Of a stretch of DNA of 64,000 nucleotides, positions 63,785-64,000 are shown piece by piece. How positions within the stretch are numbered: the stretch's first letter is position 1; every line of letters begins with the position of its first letter. Origin of the DNA: Bispira polyomma (taxonomy: Eukaryota); assembly GCA_965649765.1 (NCBI GenBank), contig OZ287750.1:31682001-31746000 (forward strand). Direction: 5' to 3'. Below the pieces are notes generated by a model. It was not told the DNA's origin. It made no database searches and saw only the letters and a list, made by a program, of their open reading frames with translations. The translations under genes were made by a program, and so were the position numbers.

Positions 63785-64000
63785 CTTTTATAGCACTTAA
63801 TCTTTGTACAACAAATTCTAAGGCCCAACAAACCCAAAACGTTAATCGAAAATCAAAAATAGTAGGCAGATGGAAGTCGTAACCAGGGAGACTACCGTAA
63901 ATGGTTACGACGGCTAAGGTGTAAAAGCCTGTCCAAAAAGATAGGCCTTCAGCTTACTCCTGAAAGAGGAGAAAGTTTGAGCCAGGCGAACATGATCAGG
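63785..64000 (-). mobile_element. 3' end of an L2/CR1-group LINE running off the window
   Basis: Minus-strand PDHVRLAQTFSSFRSKLKAYLFGQAF* followed by an L2-type 3' UTR. Confidence 0.75.

Overview
AT-rich eukaryotic DNA, most likely a marine invertebrate (inferred from the transposon families and GT-AG introns). Positions 1-23 kb hold a tandem cluster of small two-exon Ser/Thr kinase genes on the minus strand: one intact 253-aa copy, two pseudogenes and an orphan second exon. All three copies with exon 1 start with an MGxxxS myristoylation motif. The cluster is split by a 6.7-kb Gypsy LTR element that itself contains two SINEs, two MITEs and a Harbinger transposon. Positions 24-51 kb are mostly decayed mobile DNA: a second Harbinger with an L2 LINE inside, further L2, RTE-X-like and L1/Tx1 LINEs, MITEs and satellites. 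Positions 43-63 kb contain three Ngaro-like tyrosine-recombinase (YR) retrotransposons; copy A (51.3-56.5 kb) has all three ORFs intact. The most interesting signal is how these YR elements appear to be expressed and bounded. (i) Gag-Pol appears to be made by a -1 ribosomal frameshift (A_AAA_AAC plus a hairpin with a compensatory change between copies). (ii) The recombinase appears to be made from a spliced mRNA joining a phase-1 donor in gag to a phase-1 acceptor before the YR ORF, in frame in both copies that retain YR. (iii) The ends show short hairpins and conserved motifs rather than the split direct repeats or ITRs expected for DIRS/Ngaro elements. All calls were made by eye; no database searches were run.
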